Below are positions 8,970 through 19,514 of a DNA stretch of 64,000 bases, one piece after another. Source of the stretch: Candidatus Poribacteria bacterium (GTDB taxonomy: Bacteria; Poribacteria; WGA-4E; WGA-3G); contig CAXXUA010000002.1 in NCBI GenBank assembly GCA_963663765.2, positions 64,001-128,000 of the forward strand. The letters run 5' to 3'. The notes below the pieces were generated by a model. That model had not been told where the DNA came from and ran no database searches. It saw nothing but the letters and a program-made list of their open reading frames with translations. A program made the translations under genes and the position numbers. The stretch's first letter is position 1, and the number at the start of each line of letters is the position of its first letter.

Positions 8970-9574
8970 TTGACGAGTCAACCACTAAGACGCGTGTTAT
9001 CTGTATTGATGAGATGGGACCGATAAGCGCTAAAACGTATCCTGGCGAAGTTTGGAAACGCGGTGTGGGTCGTGCGACCTTTTAACCGGACTATGGTCGT
9101 CGTGGTAAAGTGTGGGTTCATGGTGCGTTTGAACCTGCGACGGGTCAGGCGGAAATAGTGATTTCAGAGAGAAGGGATAGTGCAAGTCATATAGCATTGC
9201 TTGAGAAAATCATAGAGAAGTTTCCATCAGACAAGTGGCTTTTGATTGAAAACAATCTTTCTACTCACCATAGTCGTGATGTAAAAACCGCATTATTGGC
9301 GTGGCCGAATGTAGGTGTCCAGTTTATTCCGAAATATGCGTGTTGGTTAAACCTGATAGAACCTTGGTGGAAACAACTCAGATCACTGGCATTGAAAGGG
9401 AGAAAGTTTGAGACACAAGATGAACTCATCGAATCCATTGAGAGCGCGGTGTGTTGGTGGAATGCCCATAAACACCCTTACCATTGGAAGAAAGACCCAC
9501 AAGAGCAACCAAGATACAAGTTAGAACCCTATGGAACTTCAATTGAAGATATATCACAAATACTTAAAGAGTGA
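8970..9574 (+). pseudogene. IS630-family transposase C-terminal (DDE) fragment
   Basis: VICIDEMGP, in-frame TAA at 9083-9085, [21 protein letters not shown]. Confidence 0.85.
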
Positions 9575-9579
9575 ACCAC

Positions 9580-9673
9580 TTATACCAAATTAACGTAATT
9601 TATCTTTTCTCAACGGTAGGTGCGGTTTCCTAACCGCACACTTAGCAAGACGACTCACGTTAATTTGGTATAA
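9580..9673. mobile_element. MITE with TTATACCAAATTAACGT terminal repeats and a GTAG hairpin
   Basis: 17-bp perfect TIR; GTAGGTGCGGTTTCCTAACCGCAC inside. Confidence 0.7.
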
Positions 9674-9929
9674 GGCTACATTTCGTAGAGTGCGGGGTTT
9701 ATTTTTTAGTTGCATTACATGCTCTTCTAATGTATTATGTAAATCCATTCTTTTGCTTCCTTTTTTATAGGATATATAATAAAGAAAAGCATAAGGATGG
9801 ATTAAAGTAAAGAGAAATTTTCAAATCTTAATAAATTAAGTAAAATTGAATATTACACATATATAAGTAACTGGCACAAGTCGTTAAATTAAGTAAAATA
9901 TTACACAAATATAATTAACTAGCACAATT

Positions 9930-10509
9930 GGTATGGACTGCGAAAACTCGGTATCTCGCGTAAAAAAAGACACTCGGCTATAAGGAACGATGTGATCAAA
10001 AGCGAAAAACCTATCGTGAACAACTCGCAGCTGAAGAACAAAGCGGAAAATCATTAGTTTTTATTGATGAAAGCGGGTTCCGCTCAGAAAGTTTTAGGCG
10101 TTTCGGTTATGCGCCAAAAGGCGAACCGGTTTTTGACCTTATATCAAGCCAAAGAACTCGCACAACAACTGTATTAGCAGCCCGTATAGATAATGTGTTT
10201 ACAACACCGACTCTCTTTGAAGGGAGTTGTAATGCGGAGTGTTTCAATGCGTGGCTTGAATGTCAGTTATGTCCGCGTTTGGGAGAAAACCATCTCGTCA
10301 TATTGGATAATGCACGTATACATAGAACGCTACGCACGCAAGAATTCATAGAAGCAACGGGAGCATCCTTATTGTATTTACCACCTTATTCACCAGACTA
10401 TAATCCATTGAACACGACTTTGCAATCATAAAACGATTACAAGAATATAATAAAGATAAAACACTTGAAGAGAACATAAATATGTATAATTAATCAAAAC
10501 TCTACTATA
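9930..10509 (+). pseudogene. Second IS630-family transposase remnant (5' truncated, frameshifted)
   Basis: KKKTLGYKER, FIDESGF, LDNARIH, YLPPYSPDYNP; ends in CTATA. Confidence 0.8.
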
Positions 10510-10817
10510 AATGACCATGGGGTTATTATCTTGTGTCTTTTTCACGAGTAAAGAGTAGATGTGCACTAAAGTCTATCCGGTACAACAGCAAGAAGTCATT
10601 TCGCATTGAAATTGAATTATTGTATGTTGACAAATTTCTATTCATAAAAGAAGAATGAATCGTATGAAAAAGATGGCATTTTTTCTGTTAACCTTACTTG
10701 ATCTTTTAATTATCAGCTTACAAACAGCGTATTGTGCTTACGAAGATCGCTTAGGGTTGTATGCATAATTATCACAGACGATTGCACTTTGTAATCAAAC
10801 AAAAAAAGGAGTATATT

Positions 10818-13800
10818 ATGGATTTGTTAAGAAAAAAACCAAATACAATCGTGTCAATGCTTTTTGTCATCTTTTTGATTTTTTGCGGACAAAGTAACAG
10901 TTTCAGTCAGGACCAAAATAATGTACCTGAGATTACCCCAGTTTGTGATAGAACCTCACAGGTACGGGATGCAATTGTTGCTATAGTACCGGGGATAGAT
11001 GAATGTAAGGATATTACATCTACGCATTTGTCTGTGATTTCCAGCCTCAATCTGAGTAACTTGACAATTACGGCTCTCAAGGAAGGTGATTTTGATGGTC
11101 TATCCGCGTTAACATCGCTTTCTATAGGGAATAACCAGTTAACCAGCTTACCAACGACAATCTTTTCAGGTTTATCTTCATTGACAAGGCTTGACTTAGG
11201 TAGTAACAAGTTAAGCAGTCTACATGAGGATATCTTTTCCGGACTGACTTTGCTGAATAGAGTCTATTTATCGTATAACAACTTGAGTAGTCTACCAGAT
11301 GATATTTTTTCTGGACTGTCTTCATTGCAATCGCTTGCGTTAAGTAACAATAATCTCAGTAGTCTACCTGCGGGTCTATTTTCTGGGCTGTCTTCCTTGG
11401 ATTGGTTATCACTAGCTTCCAACAGTTTAAGTGAGTTACCCGATGGTATTTTTTCGGGGTTGTCTTCCCTACGTTCTCTCTCTTTGACTGAAAACTCAGT
11501 TAATTTATCTATTACTGTTTCATTGAAAAAAGTTGGTGATAGTCAATTTAAGGCAATTGCCCCCATCGGAGCACCCTTCAATATCGTTTTGCCGTTGACT
11601 CTTTTGAATGGGAGCATTGGCGACGATACAACTACTGTTACGATTCCCACTGGTAGTGTTGAAAGTGGTTTATTCAATGTTACTCGCACACCCAGCACTA
11701 TAGATCCTATCACTATAGAAATTGGAACTTTGCCGACCTTACCCTCAGGTCATTTCGGTTATCGCCTCGTCGAACCGACATCTACGGAAGAAAACAGTAA
11801 TATACTTAGTTTTGTTGTTACTATTCCCAACGATTACGAATCTACTGATAACAATCCTCCTGTTTTCACCGAGGGTGAAAGGACCACACGCAATATAGCC
11901 GAAAACACACCCACAGGTAAAAACATTGGAGATCCAGTCTTAGCAACAGATGTGGATTCCTATCTGTTGACTTACATTCTCGGTGGTACAGATGCAGCAT
12001 CATTTAGTATTGAGAGTGGTACGGGTCAGTTGAAGACGCGTTCAGCCCTCGACTATGAAACGAAGAATACTTATGCTGTTTCGGTCACAGTTTCAGATGG
12101 AAACCTCACAGATATCATCAGTGTTACCATCAAGGTCACAGATGTGTTTGAAAACAGTGCGCCTGTTTTCGCTGAGGGTGCAACTACCGAACGTTCAATA
12201 GCCGAAAACACACCCGCTGGCAGAAACATCGGAGGTCCTGTGGTTGCAACTGACCCGGATGAAGAGGACACCTTGACTTACATTCTCGGTGGCACAGACG
12301 CAGCAGCATTTAGTATTGAGAGTGGTACGGGTCAGTTGAAGACGCGTTCAGCCCTCGACTATGAAACGAAGAATACTTATGCTGTTTCGGTCACAGTTTC
12401 AGATGGAAACCTCACAGATATCATCAGTGTTACCATCAAGGTCACAGATGTGTTTGAAAACAGTGCGCCTGTTTTCGCTGAGGGTGAAACTACCGAACGT
12501 TCAATAGCCGAAAACACACCCGCTGGCAGAAACATCGGAGGTCCTGTGGTTGCAACTGACCCGGATGAAGAGGACACCTTGACTTACAGTCTTGGTGGCA
12601 CAGACGCAGCAGCATTTAGTATTGAGAGTGGTACGGGTCAGTTGAAGACGCGTTCAGCCCTCGACTTTGAAACGAAGAATACTTATGCTGTTTCGGTCAC
12701 AGTTTCAGATGGAAACCTCACAGATATCATCAGCGTTGCCATCAAGGTCACAGATGTGTTTGAAAACAGTGCGCCTGTTTTCGCTGAGGGTGCAACTACC
12801 GAACGTTCAATAGCCGAAAACACACCCGCTGGCAGAAACATCGGAGGTCCTGTGGTTGCGACTGACCCGGATGAAGAGGACACCTTGACTTACATTCTCG
12901 GTGGCACAGACGCAGCAGCATTTAGTATTGAGAGTGGTACGGGTCAGTTGAAGACGCGTTCAGCCCTCGACTTTGAAACGAAGAATACTTATGCTGTTTC
13001 GGTCACAGTTTCAGATGGAAACCTCACAGATATCATCAGCGTTGCCATCAAGGTCACAGATGTGTTTGAAAACAGTGCGCCTGTTTTCGCTGAGGGTGCA
13101 ACTACCGAACGTTCAATAGCCGAAAACACACCCGCTGGTAGAAACATCGGAGGTCCTGTGGTTGCGACTGACCCGGATGAAGAGGACACCTTGACTTACA
13201 TTCTCGGTGGCACAGATGCAGCAACATTTAGTATTGAGAGTGCTACGGGTCAGTTGAAGACGCGTTCAGCCCTTGACTACGAGACAAAGAATACTTATGC
13301 TGTGTCTGTCTCAGTCTCAGACGGTAATGGTGGATTTGACATCATCAGTGTTGCCATCAAAGTCACAGATGTGTTTGAAAATAACGCACCTGTTTTCGTT
13401 GAGGGTGAAACTACCGAACGTTCAATAGCCGAAAACACACCCGCTGGTAGAAACATCGGAGGTCCTGTGGTTGCGACTGACCCGGATGAAGAGGACACCT
13501 TGACTTACATTCTCGGTGGCACAGATGCAGCAACATTTAGTATTGAGAGTGCTACGGGTCAGTTGAAGACGCGTTCAGCCCTTGACTACGAGACAAAGAA
13601 TACTTATGCTGTGTCTGTCTCAGTCTCAGACGGTAATGGTGGATTTGACATCATCAGTGTTGCCATCAAGGTCACAGATGTGTTTGAAAATAACGCACCT
13701 ATTTTCGTTGAGGGTGCAACTACCGAACGTTCAATAGCCGAAAACACACCCGCTGGTAGAAACATCGGAGGTCCTGTGGTTGCGACTGACCCTGATGAAG

Positions 13801-16800
13801 AGGACACCTTGACTTACATTCTCGGTGGCACAGATGCAGCAACATTTAGTATTGAGAGTGCTACGGGTCAGTTGAAGACGCGTTCAGCCCTTGACTACGA
13901 GACAAAGAATACTTATGCTGTGTCTGTCTCAGTCTCAGACGGTAATGGTGGATTTGACATCATCAGTGTTGCCATCAAGGTCACAGATGTGTTTGAAAAT
14001 AACGCACCTGTTTTCGTTGAGGGTGAAACTACCGAACGTTCAATAGCCGAAAACACACCCGCTGGTAGAAACATCGGAGGTCCTGTGGTTGCGACTGACC
14101 CGGATGAAGAGGACACCTTGACTTACATTCTCGGTGGCACAGATGCAGCAACATTTAGTATTGAGAGTGCTACGGGTCAGTTGAAGACGCGTTCAGCCCT
14201 TGACTACGAGACAAAGAATACTTATGCTGTGTCTGTCTCAGTCTCAGACGGTAATGGTGGAATTGACATCATCAGTGTTGCCATCAAGGTCACAGATGTG
14301 TTTGAGAATAACGCGCCTGTTTTCGTTGAGGGTGAAACTACCGAACGTTCAATAGCCGAAAACACACCCGCTGGCAGAAACATTGGAAGTCCTGTGGTAG
14401 CGACTGACCCGGATGAAGAGGATACCTTGACCTATACACTTGGTGGAGTAGATGCGGTCTCCTTCAGCATTGAGAGTGCTACGGGTCAGTTGAAGACGCG
14501 TGCATTCCTTGACTTTGAAGCAAAGAATACACATTTGGTAGCGGTTACCGTCTCCGATGGTAATGGTGGTACAGACATCATCAGTGTTGTCATCAATGTC
14601 AAGGATTTAGATGAAACACCAACGCTTCACCCACCGGTTTTCGTTGAAGGTGATAGTACCGAACGTTCAATAGCCGAAAACACACCTGCCGGCAGAAACA
14701 TTGGAAGTCCTGTGGTTGCGACTGACCCGGATGAAGAGGACACTTTGACTTACAGTCTCGGTGGCACAGATGCAGCAACATTTAGTATTGAGAGTGCTAC
14801 GGGTCAGCTGAAGACGCGTTCAGCCCTCGACTATGAAACGAAGAATGCTTATGCTGTGTCGGTCACAGTTTCAGATGGAAACCTCACAGATATCATCAGC
14901 GTTGCCATCAAGGTTATAGATGTGTTTGAAAATAACCCGCCCGTTTTCGTTGAAGGTGATAGTACCGAACGTTCAATAGCTGAAAACACACCTGCAGGCA
15001 GAAACATCGGAAGTCCTGTGGTAGCGACTGACCCTGATGAAGAGGACACCTTGACTTACAGTCTCGGTGGCACTGATGCAGCAACATTTAGTATTGAGAG
15101 TGCTACGGGTCAGCTGAAGACGCGTTCAGCCCTCGACTTTGAAACGAAGAATGCTTATGTTGTGTTTGTCTCTGTCTCAGACGGAAATGGTGGAATTGAC
15201 ATCATCAGTGTTGCCATCAAGGTCACAGATGTATTTGAAAATAACCCGCCCGTTTTCGTTGAAGGTGATAGTACCGAACGTTCAATAGCTGAAAACACAC
15301 CTGCAGGCAGAAACATCGGAAGTCCTGTGGTTGCGACTGACCCTGATGAAGAGGACACCTTGACTTACAGTCTCGGTGGCACTGATGCAGCAACATTTAG
15401 TATTAAGAGTGGTACGGGTCAGCTGAAGACGCGTTCAGCCCTCGACTATGAAACGAAGAATGCTTATGTTGTGTTTGTCTCTGTCTCAGACGGTAATGGT
15501 GGATTTGACATCATCAGTGTTGCCATCAAAGTCACAGATGTGTTTGAAAATAACGCACCTGTTTTCGTTGAAGGTGATAGTACCGAACGTTCAATAGCTG
15601 AAAACACACCTGCAGGCAGAAACATCGGAAGTCCTGTGGTTGCGACTGACCCTGATGAAGAGGACACCTTGACTTACAGTCTCGGTGGCACAGATGCAGC
15701 AACATTTAGTATTGAGAGTGCTACGGGTCAGTTGAAGACGCGTTCAACACTTGATTATGAAACGAAGAATGCTTATGTTGTGTTTGTCTCTGTCTCAGAC
15801 GGTAATGGTGGAATTGACATCATCAGTATTGCCATCAAGGTCACAGATGTATTTGAAAATAACCCGCCTGTATTCGTTGAAGGTGATAGTACCGAACGTT
15901 CAATAGTTGAAAACACACCTGCCGGCAGAAACATCGGAGGTCCTGTGGTAGCGACTGACCCTGATGAAGAGGACACCTTGACTTACAGTCTCGGTGGCAC
16001 AGATGCAGCAACATTTAGTATTGAGAGTGCTACGGGTCAGTTAAAAACGCGTTCACTACTTGATTATGAAACGAAGAATGCTTATGTTGTGTTTGTCTCT
16101 GTCTCAGACGGTAATGGTGGAATTGACATCATCAGTGTTGCCATCAAGGTCACAGATGTATTTGAAAATAACCCGCCCGTTTTCGTTGAAGGTGAAACCG
16201 CTACACGAGAAATAGCTGAAAACACACCTGCAGGCAGAAACATCGGAGGTCCTGTGGTTGCGACTGACCCTGATGAAGAGGACACCTTGACTTACAGTCT
16301 CGGTGGTACAGACGCAGCAACATTTAGTATTGAGAGTGCTACGGGTCAGTTGAAGACGCGTTCAATCCTCGACTTTGAAACGAAGAATGCTTATGCGGTG
16401 TCTGTCTCTGTCTCAGACGGTAATGGTGGGATTGACATCATCAGTGTTGCCATCAAGGTCACAGATGTATTTGAAAATAGTCCGCCCGTTTTCGTTGAAG
16501 GTGAAACCGCTACACGAGAAATAGCTGAAAACACACCTGCAGGCAGAAACATCGGAGGTCCTGTGGTTGCGACTGACCCGGATGAAGAGGACACCTTGAC
16601 TTACATTCTCGGTGGCACAGATGCAGCAACATTTAGTATTGAGAGTGGTACGGGTCAGTTGAAGACGCGTTCAGCCCTCGACTTTGAGACGAAGAATGCT
16701 TATGCAGTGTCTGTCTCTGTCTCAGACGGTAATGGTGGGATTGACATCATCAGTGTTGCCATCAAGGTCACAGATGTATTTGAAAATAGTCCGCCCGTTT

Positions 16801-18983
16801 TCGTTGAAGGTGAAACCGCTACACGAGAAATAGCTGAAAACACACCTGCAGGCAGAAACATCGGAGGTCCTGTGGTTGCGACTGACCCGGATGAAGAGGA
16901 CACCTTGACTTACATTCTCAGTGGCACAGATGCAGCAACATTTAGTATTGAGGGTGGTACGGGTCAGTTGAAGACGCGTTCAGCCCTCGACTTTGAGACG
17001 AAGAATGCTTATGTTGTGTCTGTCTCTGTCTCAGACGGTAATGGTGGAATTGACATCATCAGTGTTGCCATCAAGGTCACAGATGTATTTGAAAATAACC
17101 CGCCAGTTTTCGCTGCGGGTGAAACCACGACACGTTCTATACTTGAAAACACACCTATAGGCAGAAACATAGGAGATCCTGTAACTGCGACTGACCCTGA
17201 TGAAGAGGACACTTTGATTTACAGTCTCGGTGGCACAGATGCGATCTCCTTTAGCATTGAGAATGCGACCGGTCAGTTGAAAACACATGCAGTGCTTGAT
17301 TATGAAACAAAGAATTCATATACAGTAACAGTAAATGTCTCTGATGGCAGCCAAACTGTTTCTATCGTTGTCATCATCATTGTTATTGACGTAGACGAGG
17401 GTAATGCACCTGTTTTTGCTGGTAATCGCACGACGCGTTCAGTGCAGGAAAACACACCATCTGGTGTAAACGTCGGGAGTCCAGTGGCTGCTACGGATGC
17501 TGATAGCGACACCTTGATTTACAGTCTGGACGGCACAGATGCATCCTCGTTCAGCATTGTCAGCACCTCCGGTCAGTTGAAGACGCTCGCACCATTGGAT
17601 TTTGAAACAAAAAATTCATATACAGTAACTGTAACTGTATCAGATGGTAGTCGTACTGCTGCCATTACCGTAGATATCACTATCATTGACGTAGACGAAT
17701 CTCCACCTGAATTGGTAAAGAGTAGGGTCAGTATTAGTGAAATCATGTATGGATCGGAAAGACACTTTACTCCAACCCAATGGATAGAATTAAATAATGC
17801 TGGTCCGGACATCATCAATCTGGCAGGATGGAAACTGACATTTCAGAATGTCGACTCACAAGACTTGACCGGACCGGTAAATGGAACAATCACCTTCAAG
17901 GATGACTTCTGGGGTGATGCGCCGAGAATTTGGCCAAATGAAGTTCTTATGGTAGTAGGAACAGGGAATACAAACTCAGGTAACCTTCTTGATGATCAGA
18001 TTTACGACCTTGTCTGGAGAACATCGTTATCTCTCGGTTTTTGGACTACATGGTTAAGTGCAGAAGGCTTCCGCATAAGACTGTATGATGATGATGGGAA
18101 CCTGGTGGACGAGGCTGGAAACCTTGATGGAAGCATTCTACGATGGGACTTACCTTATGGTCAAAACAGGGGCAAAATCAGAGCGGGGAATCGGACCTCG
18201 TTGATCCGTCGCTATGCCAATAGTATGCCGCTTGATGGAACCCAAGCAAATGGCTGGATCTCAGCTGTGGACGCGAATTTATCAGCGGATCAAATAACCT
18301 ATTATGGGCCTTCGGATGATATCAGCACACCTGGAACCGGGATCGTCATTAACGACATCTCCCCACAGTACATAGTGTATGATATTAACCAGGACGGCGT
18401 GGTAGATATCGTAGATTTAGTAATTGTTGCAGGACGTATCGGACAATCCGGTCCCAACGCTGCAGATGTTAACGGTGATGGCGTTGTTAACATACAAGAC
18501 CTGATACTTGTGGCGAGTGCACTCGGTCAAACACCCGCAGCACCGTCATTTCAACCCGCGTCATTCGCAATGCTCACAGCAGCCGATATTCAAGGGTGGC
18601 TGACTGCAGCACAAGGTTTAAACCTAACGGATACGAAGGTACAAAGCGGTATCCGTTTTTTAGAGCAACTGCTTGTAGTGTTGACTCCGAAAAAGACCGA
18701 ACTGCTCTCTAATTTCCCTAATCCGTTTAACCCTGAAACGTGGATACCATATCGATTGGCAGAAGATGCTTTTGTCAAACTCACCATCTACGACCAGCGC
18801 GGGGTTGTCATCCGCAAAATCAATGTTGGACACAAAACCGCCGCAGTCTACGAAAGAAAGTCAAATGCTATCTATTGGGATGGCAGAAATGAGGTTGGCG
18901 ACAGGGTTGCGAGTGGAATTTTCTTCTACACCCTAACTGCAGGCAATTATACTGCAACACGAAAAATGCTTATTCTCAAGTAA
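10818..18983 (+). CDS. Giant secreted adhesin-like protein: LRRs, 19 cadherin repeats, lamin-tail-like domain, dockerin, FlgD-Ig/T9SS-like CTD
   Basis: AGGAG RBS before ATG 10818; LxxLxLxxNxLxxLP repeats; PVF..ENTP..ATDPD..LDYE repeats; VSISEIMY..QWIEL; DVNGDGVVNIQDL; FPNPFNPETWIPY. Confidence 0.9.
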   Translation: MDLLRKKPNTIVSMLFVIFLIFCGQSNSFSQDQNNVPEITPVCDRTSQVRDAIVAIVPGIDECKDITSTHLSVISSLNLSNLTITALKEGDFDGLSALTSLSIGNNQLTSLPTTIFSGLSSLTRLDLGSNKLSSLHEDIFSGLTLLNRVYLSYNNLSSLPDDIFSGLSSLQSLALSNNNLSSLPAGLFSGLSSLDWLSLASNSLSELPDGIFSGLSSLRSLSLTENSVNLSITVSLKKVGDSQFKAIAPIGAPFNIVLPLTLLNGSIGDDTTTVTIPTGSVESGLFNVTRTPSTIDPITIEIGTLPTLPSGHFGYRLVEPTSTEENSNILSFVVTIPNDYESTDNNPPVFTEGERTTRNIAENTPTGKNIGDPVLATDVDSYLLTYILGGTDAASFSIESGTGQLKTRSALDYETKNTYAVSVTVSDGNLTDIISVTIKVTDVFENSAPVFAEGATTERSIAENTPAGRNIGGPVVATDPDEEDTLTYILGGTDAAAFSIESGTGQLKTRSALDYETKNTYAVSVTVSDGNLTDIISVTIKVTDVFENSAPVFAEGETTERSIAENTPAGRNIGGPVVATDPDEEDTLTYSLGGTDAAAFSIESGTGQLKTRSALDFETKNTYAVSVTVSDGNLTDIISVAIKVTDVFENSAPVFAEGATTERSIAENTPAGRNIGGPVVATDPDEEDTLTYILGGTDAAAFSIESGTGQLKTRSALDFETKNTYAVSVTVSDGNLTDIISVAIKVTDVFENSAPVFAEGATTERSIAENTPAGRNIGGPVVATDPDEEDTLTYILGGTDAATFSIESATGQLKTRSALDYETKNTYAVSVSVSDGNGGFDIISVAIKVTDVFENNAPVFVEGETTERSIAENTPAGRNIGGPVVATDPDEEDTLTYILGGTDAATFSIESATGQLKTRSALDYETKNTYAVSVSVSDGNGGFDIISVAIKVTDVFENNAPIFVEGATTERSIAENTPAGRNIGGPVVATDPDEEDTLTYILGGTDAATFSIESATGQLKTRSALDYETKNTYAVSVSVSDGNGGFDIISVAIKVTDVFENNAPVFVEGETTERSIAENTPAGRNIGGPVVATDPDEEDTLTYILGGTDAATFSIESATGQLKTRSALDYETKNTYAVSVSVSDGNGGIDIISVAIKVTDVFENNAPVFVEGETTERSIAENTPAGRNIGSPVVATDPDEEDTLTYTLGGVDAVSFSIESATGQLKTRAFLDFEAKNTHLVAVTVSDGNGGTDIISVVINVKDLDETPTLHPPVFVEGDSTERSIAENTPAGRNIGSPVVATDPDEEDTLTYSLGGTDAATFSIESATGQLKTRSALDYETKNAYAVSVTVSDGNLTDIISVAIKVIDVFENNPPVFVEGDSTERSIAENTPAGRNIGSPVVATDPDEEDTLTYSLGGTDAATFSIESATGQLKTRSALDFETKNAYVVFVSVSDGNGGIDIISVAIKVTDVFENNPPVFVEGDSTERSIAENTPAGRNIGSPVVATDPDEEDTLTYSLGGTDAATFSIKSGTGQLKTRSALDYETKNAYVVFVSVSDGNGGFDIISVAIKVTDVFENNAPVFVEGDSTERSIAENTPAGRNIGSPVVATDPDEEDTLTYSLGGTDAATFSIESATGQLKTRSTLDYETKNAYVVFVSVSDGNGGIDIISIAIKVTDVFENNPPVFVEGDSTERSIVENTPAGRNIGGPVVATDPDEEDTLTYSLGGTDAATFSIESATGQLKTRSLLDYETKNAYVVFVSVSDGNGGIDIISVAIKVTDVFENNPPVFVEGETATREIAENTPAGRNIGGPVVATDPDEEDTLTYSLGGTDAATFSIESATGQLKTRSILDFETKNAYAVSVSVSDGNGGIDIISVAIKVTDVFENSPPVFVEGETATREIAENTPAGRNIGGPVVATDPDEEDTLTYILGGTDAATFSIESGTGQLKTRSALDFETKNAYAVSVSVSDGNGGIDIISVAIKVTDVFENSPPVFVEGETATREIAENTPAGRNIGGPVVATDPDEEDTLTYILSGTDAATFSIEGGTGQLKTRSALDFETKNAYVVSVSVSDGNGGIDIISVAIKVTDVFENNPPVFAAGETTTRSILENTPIGRNIGDPVTATDPDEEDTLIYSLGGTDAISFSIENATGQLKTHAVLDYETKNSYTVTVNVSDGSQTVSIVVIIIVIDVDEGNAPVFAGNRTTRSVQENTPSGVNVGSPVAATDADSDTLIYSLDGTDASSFSIVSTSGQLKTLAPLDFETKNSYTVTVTVSDGSRTAAITVDITIIDVDESPPELVKSRVSISEIMYGSERHFTPTQWIELNNAGPDIINLAGWKLTFQNVDSQDLTGPVNGTITFKDDFWGDAPRIWPNEVLMVVGTGNTNSGNLLDDQIYDLVWRTSLSLGFWTTWLSAEGFRIRLYDDDGNLVDEAGNLDGSILRWDLPYGQNRGKIRAGNRTSLIRRYANSMPLDGTQANGWISAVDANLSADQITYYGPSDDISTPGTGIVINDISPQYIVYDINQDGVVDIVDLVIVAGRIGQSGPNAADVNGDGVVNIQDLILVASALGQTPAAPSFQPASFAMLTAADIQGWLTAAQGLNLTDTKVQSGIRFLEQLLVVLTPKKTELLSNFPNPFNPETWIPYRLAEDAFVKLTIYDQRGVVIRKINVGHKTAAVYERKSNAIYWDGRNEVGDRVASGIFFYTLTAGNYTATRKMLILK
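11850..17700 (+). repeat. Tandem array of mostly 306-309 bp near-identical cadherin-coding units
   Basis: Periodic antisense ORFs at 306/309-bp spacing; near-identical DNA between neighbouring units. Confidence 0.95.
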
Positions 18984-19032
18984 CACAAACAGGGAGACAA
19001 GTTTTCTTGAAAAACTCGGTTTCTCTATAATT

Positions 19033-19372
19033 ACTATAGTTTGGACAATTTTCGTGTTTTCGTTTGCAAATGTATTTTACACCCGTCGCACCGATAGTGC
19101 TTGGTTACTGGGGGTATTTACGTTTCTATACACATTCCGCCCCGCTGGTGCTGCCAATATGGACAATAGAATTCTTTTTCTGTGAGTTCATAAAGTGTTG
19201 TAACTCAACGAAAATATATCAGACATCAAAGTCGCAGTCCCAGAGGGATGGAATATGTATAGATCATTATCTGTCTCACTCCAAGCCCCAGAGGGGCGAA
19301 ATGTGTTTTAGCACGAGATTCAGAAATGAAAATGAAAAGCATCACGACTCAAAAAACTGTCCAAACTATAGT
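19033..19372. mobile_element. MITE with ACTATAGTTTGGACA terminal repeats
   Basis: 15-bp perfect TIR; ATAATT on both flanks (19027-19032, 19373-19378). Confidence 0.75.
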
Positions 19373-19514
19373 ATAATTATAATGGAATTTAGAATTGCAT
19401 TGACACATTTTTGCTGTAGGAGGGAACACCGCTTTCCGACACGTTGTCTCGATTCGGAGATCTCTCCTACAGAAAATGTGATAAGTTATGCTACAACTCA
19501 TTTATAAGGTTGCT

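Noticed and set aside
12071-17512. Series of 66-70 aa minus-strand ORFs (MSSSSGSVATTG...)
   Set aside because: Antisense shadows of the cadherin repeats
19064-19507. 147-aa ORF
   Set aside because: Lies across a MITE and a REP doublet; no recognisable protein features
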